Of a stretch of DNA of 29,069 bases, positions 16,116 to 22,825 are shown piece after piece. A model generated the notes under the pieces. That model was not told the DNA's origin and ran no database searches. It saw only the letters and a list, made by a program, of their open reading frames with translations. A program made the translations under genes and the position numbers. The first letter of the stretch is position 1, and each line of letters starts with the position of its first letter. The stretch comes from a virus. The stretch lies in the IMG/VR virus record IMGVR_UViG_3300026194_000281; one strand, written 5' to 3'.

Positions 16116-16499
16116 ATGCCGTGGACCTGCGAATACTGCGGCCTGGAAAACTACAACGACGACCGCATCGCCCTCAAAGAGCCCGCCTGCCCCCGGTGCG
16201 GCCACCGGCGTGGGGAGCGGGCAGCGACCATCAAGGAGCTGCAGGCCAAGATATCCCGGCTCCGCGAAGAGGACCGCGCATACTCGGCCAGGATCCGCCA
16301 CTACAAGAGCGTCATCGACGACCTGTGGGCCGAACTCCATGGATTCGAGGGAAAGCATGACTCGGCCGTCAAAGAGCAGTCCGAGAACTACCTCGACCTG
16401 CAGGAGGCTGAGGGCCGGCTCCGGGTCCTGCTGGCCATCACCCCCGCTGCCCGGCAGCCCGCCGAGGGCCAGCGCACGCTCACGGAGGTGCAGGTCTGA
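16116..16499 (+). CDS. Zn-ribbon + coiled-coil protein
   Basis: WTCEYCG...CPRCG followed by a heptad-rich helix. Confidence 0.7.
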   Translation: MPWTCEYCGLENYNDDRIALKEPACPRCGHRRGERAATIKELQAKISRLREEDRAYSARIRHYKSVIDDLWAELHGFEGKHDSAVKEQSENYLDLQEAEGRLRVLLAITPAARQPAEGQRTLTEVQV

Positions 16500-16780
16500 T
16501 GGCCGCCCACCTCACCGTCACGATCACCTGTCCCGACTGTGCCGGCCATGGGTCCTATCCCAACCCTGACTTCGAATGGCTCTGCCACCTCCCCGAGGAC
16601 GATCCGAGATATCAGGAGCAGTGCCAGGGCTGCCCTGGCCGGGACGATTGCAATCAGGGGGAGCTCCTCACCTGCGAGACCTGCTCTGGAAAAGGGCACT
16701 GGGAGTTCCGCAGCGACCAGTTCTACATCCGGATTGAGCGTAGCCCGGAATACTACGGCCCACAAGGGGGATCCCAGTGA
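16499..16780 (+). CDS. Cys-rich protein with DnaJ-type CxxCxGxG motifs
   Basis: CPDCAGHG and CETCSGKG; GGAGGTG SD. Confidence 0.7.
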   Translation: MAAHLTVTITCPDCAGHGSYPNPDFEWLCHLPEDDPRYQEQCQGCPGRDDCNQGELLTCETCSGKGHWEFRSDQFYIRIERSPEYYGPQGGSQ

Positions 16781-17055
16781 CCCCCACCGCCCGCGCGTGC
16801 CTGCAGTGCATGGGGGCCATGGCCGCCTCAGCCGGGTTTGGACTCAGTTTCTTCTGTCTGCACCACCTGGGTGCGGTTCAGGTCTCCTCTCTGGCATACG
16901 CAGAGTGCTTCATTCTGATCGCCGCCCTGCTTGCCGGGGCGGTGCTCCTCCTCGCCTGGAAAGAGCGCCACCGCGCTCGCCGCGACGAGCGGGAAGAGGC
17001 CTTATGGGAGGCGATCAAGGCCGTGGTGCGGCCGGCCGAGGAGGATGAGGCCTGA
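16777..17055 (+). CDS. Small two-TM membrane protein
   Basis: GTGA overlap; two hydrophobic helices then a charged tail. Confidence 0.6.
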   Translation: MTPTARACLQCMGAMAASAGFGLSFFCLHHLGAVQVSSLAYAECFILIAALLAGAVLLLAWKERHRARRDEREEALWEAIKAVVRPAEEDEA

Positions 17056-17339
17056 TGACCCTCCCTCTCCGGCTCTGGATATGCACCCGATGTGCCGCCA
17101 GTCCCGAAATTCCCGGTCTGGATATCTGCACCCTGATCAGAAGAGACCCCCCCGACGAGGGCTGTCCCTGTAGCGATCTCGATGGTGCAGCCTGGCGGGC
17201 CGTCAACAGCGTCCTGTTTGAGCCCGCGACACTAACCGACATCGCTTGCCAACTCGCGGAGCTGGCGGCCGGGCTCATCGCCGAGGCACATAAAGGGCAT
17301 GAGGACCGCAGAGCAGTCCCGGAGGCTGAGGGCGAATGA
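17055..17339 (+). CDS. Cys-containing hypothetical protein
   Basis: TGATG overlap; CTRC...C...CPC. Confidence 0.55.
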   Translation: MTLPLRLWICTRCAASPEIPGLDICTLIRRDPPDEGCPCSDLDGAAWRAVNSVLFEPATLTDIACQLAELAAGLIAEAHKGHEDRRAVPEAEGE

Positions 17340-17494
17340 TCCGCATCATCCGCTCCTCCGTCACCCTCCCCCGGACGCAGACGGTGATCCGGGCCGGATC
17401 CATCGTCGTCCCGTGGACGATGCCCACCGAACTCGACCAGCGGCGCCGCTGCCGGCTCGAGTATCGGCCCCCTGTAGAGGAGATCACCGCGTAA
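17336..17494 (+). CDS. Hypothetical protein (52 aa)
   Basis: ATGA overlap; MIRIIRSSVTLP...PVEEITA*; translated manually. Confidence 0.45.
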   Translation: MIRIIRSSVTLPRTQTVIRAGSIVVPWTMPTELDQRRRCRLEYRPPVEEITA

Positions 17495-17515
17495 CCGTTT
17501 TCCCCCGGCGGGCAC

Positions 17516-19372
17516 ATGGCGTCTCTCAACCTACAGGTATCCCCATCCAGCGGCGGCTATCCCCTAGCGCCAGCTCGAGCCAACCCCTTCCTCTTCTCCG
17601 TAGGGGCGGAGCGCATCGACCTCTATCCGATCCTCCGCGACGGTGCAAATATGCATAGCATCAGAGCCCGTTTAGCGCCCAAAACAGGCGACAATCTCCG
17701 GGGCTACCCGGCGATCTATCACCGCCTCCTCCGGTTCCTGAAACGCCTGGAAAAGGACGGATATCTCGTATCTGAGAAGGGCGTGCTCGCTCTCGGCATG
17801 GACGAAAAACCATGTTACTGGTGGCGGCCTACCCATGCGGGCCTATACTTGATAGGGCAGGTGCAAAATTCAAACCCGTGCAAATTACCCCGGGACCCTG
17901 ACACCCTCGAGGGTGACACCTTGCAACGTCAAGCGGCCCGGGGAGCCTTCCGGACCCGCTACCCCTACGACACCGACGAGCCCGAACCGGAGATCCCCCG
18001 GTGGGTCCGGTTCCCGAAGCGCTCCAGCCTCACCCGATTAAAGGCCGCGTCCCTCCTCTGCCAGGTTCGGAATGACTTCCTGCCCAGCTACAAGCAACGC
18101 CTCTTCGAGCGCCTCGACACGGGCCGGGTAGATCCGAAGACCGGCAAACCGATCACGGTAGTAAACCCTCTTCTGAAGGCCAAACTCGCGGACATCCGCG
18201 AGTATTACGACTACTACCTCGAAGAGATCGCAGACAAGACGATTGTCCTCGTCAACAAGGACGCCGAGACCCCGGGCGGCGAGGACTTCAAGACGCTGCC
18301 CTACCGGACCCGCTTCAACGACTTCAGCCGGTCCGCCCGAGCGCTCGACAAGTATGAAGCTGCCTGGGTCGAGGCTGAAAAGTTCTTCTCCAACGCCGTT
18401 TTCCTCACCCTGACGACCGATCCGAAAAAGCACCCCTCCCTCTGGCGGGCAAACCGGCACATGAGCGTTGCCTGGAACCGTTACACTGCCCTGCTCACCA
18501 AGCGAGCCCGGGACGGATTTATCGACGACCTCCGGACCACCCGCGAAAAAATCTTGAAAACACAGGGATACTCAGACGAGGAGATCGCAACCCTCACCCA
18601 TTCCGACGAGTTCCGGGAGTACATCGAACAAGAACTCCAGGGCCGCTCATTCCGGCCTAAATACGTTGCCGTGAACGAGTTTATGGAGAACGGCCTGCTC
18701 CACATGCACATCATCGTTTTCGGCACCTCCTGGATCGCAAAGCGCGAACAGATCTCCGAGGACTGGGACCGATGCGGGCAGGGCAAGATCGTCAAGGCGC
18801 TCGCCGTGCATCGAAACCCGAAAACAGGCATCTGGGAGTGGGCCGGCAGCCGGCCCGACGACGCCAAATCCGGCGAATCGCCCCGAGACTACCTGAAAAA
18901 ATACCTGAACAAAGCGATCTACGACCGCAAAGGGTTCGAGTTGTACTGGGCGCTCAACAAAAATTTTATGAGCACCTCTCGCCGGTTCGACCCTGCCCGG
19001 ATGACCATAGAGGAGGAGGTAGACCGCTGGTATCAGAGAATCAAAGAAAAACTCCTCAAAGAGCAGAATCCGTCATACTGGCGCTATGCGTTTTGTTCTC
19101 CTGCTGGAGAGATCCCGACCTGGATGGACTGGTATGACCGGAAAAACCGGCGCACCATCGGCCCGGCCGTACTGGTCGAGAACCTGACCGGCACTGCCAG
19201 CGCCCCGCCGCTCCTGACGGCGAACGAACGCCGCATCGAGCATCTCCGGCGCAAGGGGCTGCTCACGTTTAGAACCGCCCTTGAGCTACGGCGCTCGACA
19301 ATTGCCGAGCGCCAAGAGCCCGAGAAAAACCCCGAAACCGGCCGGCCATGGAGCCTGGCCGACTTTATGTGA
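17516..19372 (+). CDS. rep: Rolling-circle replication initiator, HUH endonuclease with two catalytic Tyr (archaeal plasmid/pleolipovirus-type Rep)
   Basis: Motif I FLTLTT, motif II LHMHIIVFG, motif III YLKKYLNK; N-terminal wHTH-like segment; no SF3 helicase motifs seen. Confidence 0.88.
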   Translation: MASLNLQVSPSSGGYPLAPARANPFLFSVGAERIDLYPILRDGANMHSIRARLAPKTGDNLRGYPAIYHRLLRFLKRLEKDGYLVSEKGVLALGMDEKPCYWWRPTHAGLYLIGQVQNSNPCKLPRDPDTLEGDTLQRQAARGAFRTRYPYDTDEPEPEIPRWVRFPKRSSLTRLKAASLLCQVRNDFLPSYKQRLFERLDTGRVDPKTGKPITVVNPLLKAKLADIREYYDYYLEEIADKTIVLVNKDAETPGGEDFKTLPYRTRFNDFSRSARALDKYEAAWVEAEKFFSNAVFLTLTTDPKKHPSLWRANRHMSVAWNRYTALLTKRARDGFIDDLRTTREKILKTQGYSDEEIATLTHSDEFREYIEQELQGRSFRPKYVAVNEFMENGLLHMHIIVFGTSWIAKREQISEDWDRCGQGKIVKALAVHRNPKTGIWEWAGSRPDDAKSGESPRDYLKKYLNKAIYDRKGFELYWALNKNFMSTSRRFDPARMTIEEEVDRWYQRIKEKLLKEQNPSYWRYAFCSPAGEIPTWMDWYDRKNRRTIGPAVLVENLTGTASAPPLLTANERRIEHLRRKGLLTFRTALELRRSTIAERQEPEKNPETGRPWSLADFM

Positions 19373-19381
19373 GGTGAAACT

Positions 19382-19633
19382 ATGGGAAAAAAAGCACAAC
19401 TACGGACACTATGTCAGCACAGGATTGAGATAAACGCGAAGGGAAAACACCCGCACACTTCCCCAGCCGTCGAGTGCGTAGAAGAGTTCTGCTCCCGGTG
19501 GAATGTTGCCGGAGGGTGTGGGGCGAAGGTGATCGAGATGCGAGACGGCACACTAATACCGCAGCTCATCGACGACCAGGTGAGATACCTCCCGCTGGAG
19601 GAATTGATCGAAGCCAGGAGCGTGCCGCGATGA
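19382..19633 (+). CDS. Cys-containing hypothetical protein
   Basis: GAGGTG SD; CQH...CVEEFCSRW...C. Confidence 0.65.
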   Translation: MGKKAQLRTLCQHRIEINAKGKHPHTSPAVECVEEFCSRWNVAGGCGAKVIEMRDGTLIPQLIDDQVRYLPLEELIEARSVPR

Positions 19634-19989
19634 CCGCCCCCTGCCCCCACCTCTCCCACCTTGCCGACATCATCGCCGGCTGGGAGCGGGCCGAGGGCAT
19701 CACCGTATTGCACGCCTGGCTATCTGACAGTGGAGACTGGCGGGCCGAGTGGCGGGAGGGATCCGGCAGGCTCACAGACACCCACAGAGGCGGGGAAAAT
19801 CACCTGAAGGTATCCCGGCTCCTAGCCGACATCAAAGAGGCGCTAAAGGGGCGTGACGACGCCATCACCCACATCGCCCGCCCGGGGCCGACCTCCCTGC
19901 GGGCCTGGACCGCCGAGGGGCAATACCTCCGGTGGGACGCCGCGGCCGGGGTGCCCGAGTCTGCCCAGGCGGAGGAGGTGGCGGCATGA
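19630..19989 (+). CDS. Hypothetical protein (119 aa)
   Basis: ATGA overlaps at both ends; starts MTAPCPHL. Confidence 0.6.
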   Translation: MTAPCPHLSHLADIIAGWERAEGITVLHAWLSDSGDWRAEWREGSGRLTDTHRGGENHLKVSRLLADIKEALKGRDDAITHIARPGPTSLRAWTAEGQYLRWDAAAGVPESAQAEEVAA

Positions 19990-20162
19990 TCCCCCTAACC
20001 CTCACCATCTACATCACCGACGAGCACCTCGGCTTCACCGGCCCGGGCATGGTCGCCATCCCTCCGCTGTACGTGTATATCGGCATCGCTCTCGTGCTTC
20101 TCGCCCTCATCTACCTCATGCTGCGGCCGACCCCGACCGTTCCCCCGGGAGGATGGCCATGA
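19986..20162 (+). CDS. Small single-TM protein
   Basis: GGAGG SD and ATGA overlap; TM LYVYIGIALVLLALIYLML. Confidence 0.6.
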   Translation: MIPLTLTIYITDEHLGFTGPGMVAIPPLYVYIGIALVLLALIYLMLRPTPTVPPGGWP

Positions 20163-20401
20163 TCTCCGTCGCCCTCCAAGCCACCGGCCTGATCGGGGGC
20201 GTCGCCGGCGCGGTCCTGGTGGCGGGCCGCTCTCCCCGGCAGCGGGCGGCCGGGTTCACAGCCTGGATCCTCGGCAACGGCGCATGGGTAGGGTATGCGG
20301 CCCTGACCGGCTCTCTCGCCCTCGGCACGCAGTTCTCAATATTTACAGTCCTCGCCGTGGCCGGCCTGATGAACAATCGGGGGATGGCAGATGCGGTATA
20401 G
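20159..20401 (+). CDS. Small three-TM membrane protein
   Basis: ATGA overlap; three short hydrophobic helices. Confidence 0.6.
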   Translation: MISVALQATGLIGGVAGAVLVAGRSPRQRAAGFTAWILGNGAWVGYAALTGSLALGTQFSIFTVLAVAGLMNNRGMADAV

Positions 20402-20563
20402 GCCCCGCCCTCTGCTGGATTACCACCACATCCAGCCCCGGGCCATCCGCCCGCCCCACCACCATCCCGGCGACCTCAACGACCGCCGCGCCCGGGCCGC
20501 CCACCGGCGGCCCTGGTGGGACCCCGCCCGCCGCACCAGAGTATACTCCAGGATGTGGGCGGC

Positions 20564-20779
20564 ATGGTTCTGACACTACGCACACGTATCCGGGCGGTGT
20601 TCCTCACCTACCCGGACACCACCGCCCCCCGGTTCCACTTCCCATCCCGGGAGCCAGATCCGGATGCCTGGCTGAAAGAACTGAAGGAGAAAATTGCCGC
20701 CGATATCCGGCGGGAAGAGGAGGCGGCACGGAGACATATGGAGTTTCTGTGCAGCCTTTCACATTTGGTAGAGGACTGA
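20564..20779 (+). CDS. Hypothetical protein, first of the GGTAGAGG-terminated microgenes
   Basis: Ends LVED* within the motif; start at ATG 20564 is inferred. Confidence 0.55.
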   Translation: MVLTLRTRIRAVFLTYPDTTAPRFHFPSREPDPDAWLKELKEKIAADIRREEEAARRHMEFLCSLSHLVED

Positions 20780-20780
20780 T

Positions 20781-21002
20781 ATGATGTCGAGAAAAACGGT
20801 TTACATCTGCGACGGCTGCGGGCAAGAGCATCATAGCGGAGCGCCCCGGTTGCGCCTCCTGATGAACCGCTGCGATGCGGAGCTCACCTTTGTTGTGGAG
20901 GGGAAGAGGATCGAGGCGATCGATGGAGAACTACATTTCTGCGGCCCTGATTGCTTGAAGGCTTACTTTGAGGGCTTGATTGAGAAGATAGAGGAGAGAT
21001 AG
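20781..21002 (+). CDS. Small Zn-binding protein
   Basis: YICDGCG...HFCGPDC; ends IEER*. Confidence 0.7.
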   Translation: MMSRKTVYICDGCGQEHHSGAPRLRLLMNRCDAELTFVVEGKRIEAIDGELHFCGPDCLKAYFEGLIEKIEER

Positions 21003-21230
21003 ATGGACTGGAAACCTTTATTTATGGGTCTTGGCTTTGCCGCTGGCGGCTCTGCGCTGGTCTTCTATCTCATAATCCGTGAGATCGTTGATCAGTCATG
21101 GGGGTGGTACCCCGCAGAGGCGGTCAGCGCATTGTTCTGGGCGCTCGTCTCGAGCCTGCTGATCTGCCTGCTGGCGCTCATCATGGCAACCCGCGTCGAA
21201 AAACGCCCTGAGATGGTAGAGGAACGATAG
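21003..21230 (+). CDS. Small two-TM protein
   Basis: Two hydrophobic helices; ends MVEER*. Confidence 0.7.
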   Translation: MDWKPLFMGLGFAAGGSALVFYLIIREIVDQSWGWYPAEAVSALFWALVSSLLICLLALIMATRVEKRPEMVEER

Positions 21231-21231
21231 C

Positions 21232-21423
21232 ATGGGAAACGACTGTTGGTATTATCGGGCTCAATATGCAGGCATGACGAAGGTCTGTATGCGGAAGAGC
21301 ATCGTGGAGTGTGGCCGGATCAGGCGGTTCGGCCTCTGTCCAAAACCGCCGGACTCGGAAGCCTGGCGGCGGTGCGGGTTTGCCCTCGGGCAGCATGAGA
21401 TCCCGCTCATGGTAGAGGAGTAG
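21232..21423 (+). CDS. Small Cys-rich protein
   Basis: Five Cys; ends MVEE*. Confidence 0.6.
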   Translation: MGNDCWYYRAQYAGMTKVCMRKSIVECGRIRRFGLCPKPPDSEAWRRCGFALGQHEIPLMVEE

Positions 21424-21426
21424 AAG

Positions 21427-21570
21427 ATGGACACAATAACACTCAGGCACCTCCCGGGCTCCTGTTGCCCGGAAAAGGATTGCAGCGTCGGATCGTGGGA
21501 TGGTAAGCACTGCCGGTCATGCGGTGCGGACTGCTCAAAATGCCCGCTTAACGGGCTGGTAGAGGTATGA
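21427..21570 (+). CDS. Cys-rich microprotein (47 aa)
   Basis: SCCPEKDC...CRSCGADCSKC; ends LVEV*; translated manually. Confidence 0.55.
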   Translation: MDTITLRHLPGSCCPEKDCSVGSWDGKHCRSCGADCSKCPLNGLVEV

Positions 21571-21573
21571 AGG

Positions 21574-21771
21574 GTGAAACCAGTATTCCGCGTCGAATCC
21601 GCGAATGAGGAGAACATCCGGGGCGGTTGGTATCTGCTGGCTGACAGCCTGGCAGCGGCCCGCGAGGTCTACCCCGCACACCTGTTCCCGTCGATGACCT
21701 TCATTGAGGTCGGAAAGGGGCTATGTGTCGAATGCAACCGCAGGGCGGTTGATGCCCTGGTAGAGGAGTGA
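21574..21771 (+). CDS. Microprotein with CxxC
   Basis: GTG start; ends ALVEE*. Confidence 0.6.
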   Translation: MKPVFRVESANEENIRGGWYLLADSLAAAREVYPAHLFPSMTFIEVGKGLCVECNRRAVDALVEE

Positions 21772-21777
21772 AAGAAG

Positions 21778-21918
21778 ATGGCTAAATGTAAGCATCAATC
21801 CACGGATGGCAAACGGTGCCTTCGCCCGGGCGCACCGATGGAACTGTGTTGGGTCTACTACGAATATCCTGCCCGGCGGGAGCAGTGCAAGCACTTTGAG
21901 AGCGGGGTAGAGGGGTGA
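21778..21918 (+). CDS. Cys-rich microprotein (46 aa)
   Basis: MAKCKHQ...RC...LC...CKHF; ends GVEG*; translated manually. Confidence 0.55.
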   Translation: MAKCKHQSTDGKRCLRPGAPMELCWVYYEYPARREQCKHFESGVEG

Positions 21919-21924
21919 AAGAAA

Positions 21925-22068
21925 ATGTGGAGAGTAACTATTGTAGATGAGGCAACAGGGGGGGTCCTGGACAGTGCCAAGATCGACCCGGACAGACAAC
22001 CAGACAAAAGAAAGCACGTTGAGATACAGATCAAGCGGAACGGTCAGATTGTCGGGAAAGGCTGGTAG
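21925..22068 (+). CDS. Microprotein (47 aa)
   Basis: MWRVTIVDEATGGVLDS...GKGW*; the stop lies inside the motif; translated manually. Confidence 0.55.
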   Translation: MWRVTIVDEATGGVLDSAKIDPDRQPDKRKHVEIQIKRNGQIVGKGW

Positions 22069-22081
22069 AGGAGTGAGAGGT

Positions 22082-22240
22082 ATGACAAAGAAATGCACCG
22101 GGAACGACTGCGAATGGATAGTTCGCGACGATCCCGCCGCCGACGATTATGACCCGCGTGGCTACTGCCGACTGCATCACATCTATGTAGATGTAGGCAT
22201 GCGATGCCCGGGAAGAGTAGAAAACAGGAAGGAGGAATGA
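22082..22240 (+). CDS. Cys-rich microprotein
   Basis: GAGG upstream of ATG 22082; CTGNDC...YCRLH...C. Confidence 0.55.
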   Translation: MTKKCTGNDCEWIVRDDPAADDYDPRGYCRLHHIYVDVGMRCPGRVENRKEE

Positions 22241-22243
22241 AAA

Positions 22244-22399
22244 ATGAGGCCATGTATTTACCAGGACGGAGCAACTTCGACTTGTAAGGCATTCGACGAC
22301 CCCGATGATGGAAGCCCAATGGTGATCACCGTCTCAAAGGGATGTTGTATCTATGAGTCGGGGTGCAGCTGCCACCAGGCAAAAGACCTAATCGGCTAG
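22244..22399 (+). CDS. Cys-rich microprotein (51 aa), last in the array
   Basis: GGAGG SD; CCIYESGCSCH; the stop abuts the hairpin; translated manually. Confidence 0.55.
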   Translation: MRPCIYQDGATSTCKAFDDPDDGSPMVITVSKGCCIYESGCSCHQAKDLIG

Positions 22400-22450
22400 A
22401 CCTATCACTCCTCCCCCGACGAGTGATAGGTCAGCCCTCTTTTCTTTATT
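22399..22450 (+). terminator. Perfect 12-bp stem-loop plus T-rich tail (terminator and/or recombination/origin site)
   Basis: GACCTATCACTC-(CTCCCCCGAC)-GAGTGATAGGTC at 22399-22432, then AGCCCTCTTTTCTTTATT; contains copy 2 of the 19-bp repeat (22403-22421). Confidence 0.65.
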
Positions 22451-22524
22451 ACACCATATAAACGGGAGTGGCCTATCAAAACGTCCCGGAAATTGCAACT
22501 ATCACAACCGCGAAAAACCGACAG

Positions 22525-22671
22525 TCAATCCCAACTCATCATCCGGCACGCAACACAGCACCATCCCACCGGCACCCAGGACCGCCGCCCCTCAACAACC
22601 GCCTGCACATAGGTCCGACTCATCGCGGACCCGCACACCTGACACCTCGGCGCTGGCTCTCTTCTGCTCAT
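22525..22671 (-). CDS. Small Zn-ribbon protein, divergent from int
   Basis: MSRREPAPRCQVCG...WCCVAC; TATATA lies ~28-33 nt upstream on the minus strand. Confidence 0.5.
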   Translation of the reverse strand: MSRREPAPRCQVCGSAMSRTYVQAVVEGRRSWVPVGWCCVACRMMSWD

Positions 22672-22825
22672 GCTATAGCATTTCGAGCGCACGCGGCATA
22701 TATACCTATCCGGGATATCCAACAAAGCACAGAGAACGAACCAAAACGGATATGAACAAAAGTAATGACGCTGAGGGGGAGAGTAGCCCAATATGTTCAT
22801 ATCTGATACTGACCTATAGCAGTGC

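Larger units (their letters stand above)
20767..22084 (+). repeat. Array of eight GGTAGAGG-core junction motifs separating microgenes
   Basis: Motif starts at 20767, 20987 (GATAGAGG), 21215, 21411, 21558, 21759, 21906 and 22064; each is followed within ~15 nt by a stop and the next start codon. Confidence 0.85.

Noticed and set aside
17401-17422. 7-bp hairpin upstream of rep as the double-strand origin
   Set aside because: Short stem inside a small ORF, expected by chance at this GC content; no recognisable nick motif.
20159-20401. PnuC-type transporter
   Set aside because: Only three short helices and no diagnostic motif confirmed; left as a generic membrane protein.
20391-20573. HNH endonuclease (DYHHIQPR...)
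   Set aside because: Only the first His motif is suggestive; the Asn/His and Cys positions are missing and the ORF is low-complexity.
20767-22084. CRISPR or mini-CRISPR array
   Set aside because: The repeats are only ~8-20 degenerate bp, the 'spacers' are 150-230-bp open reading frames, and no cas genes are present.
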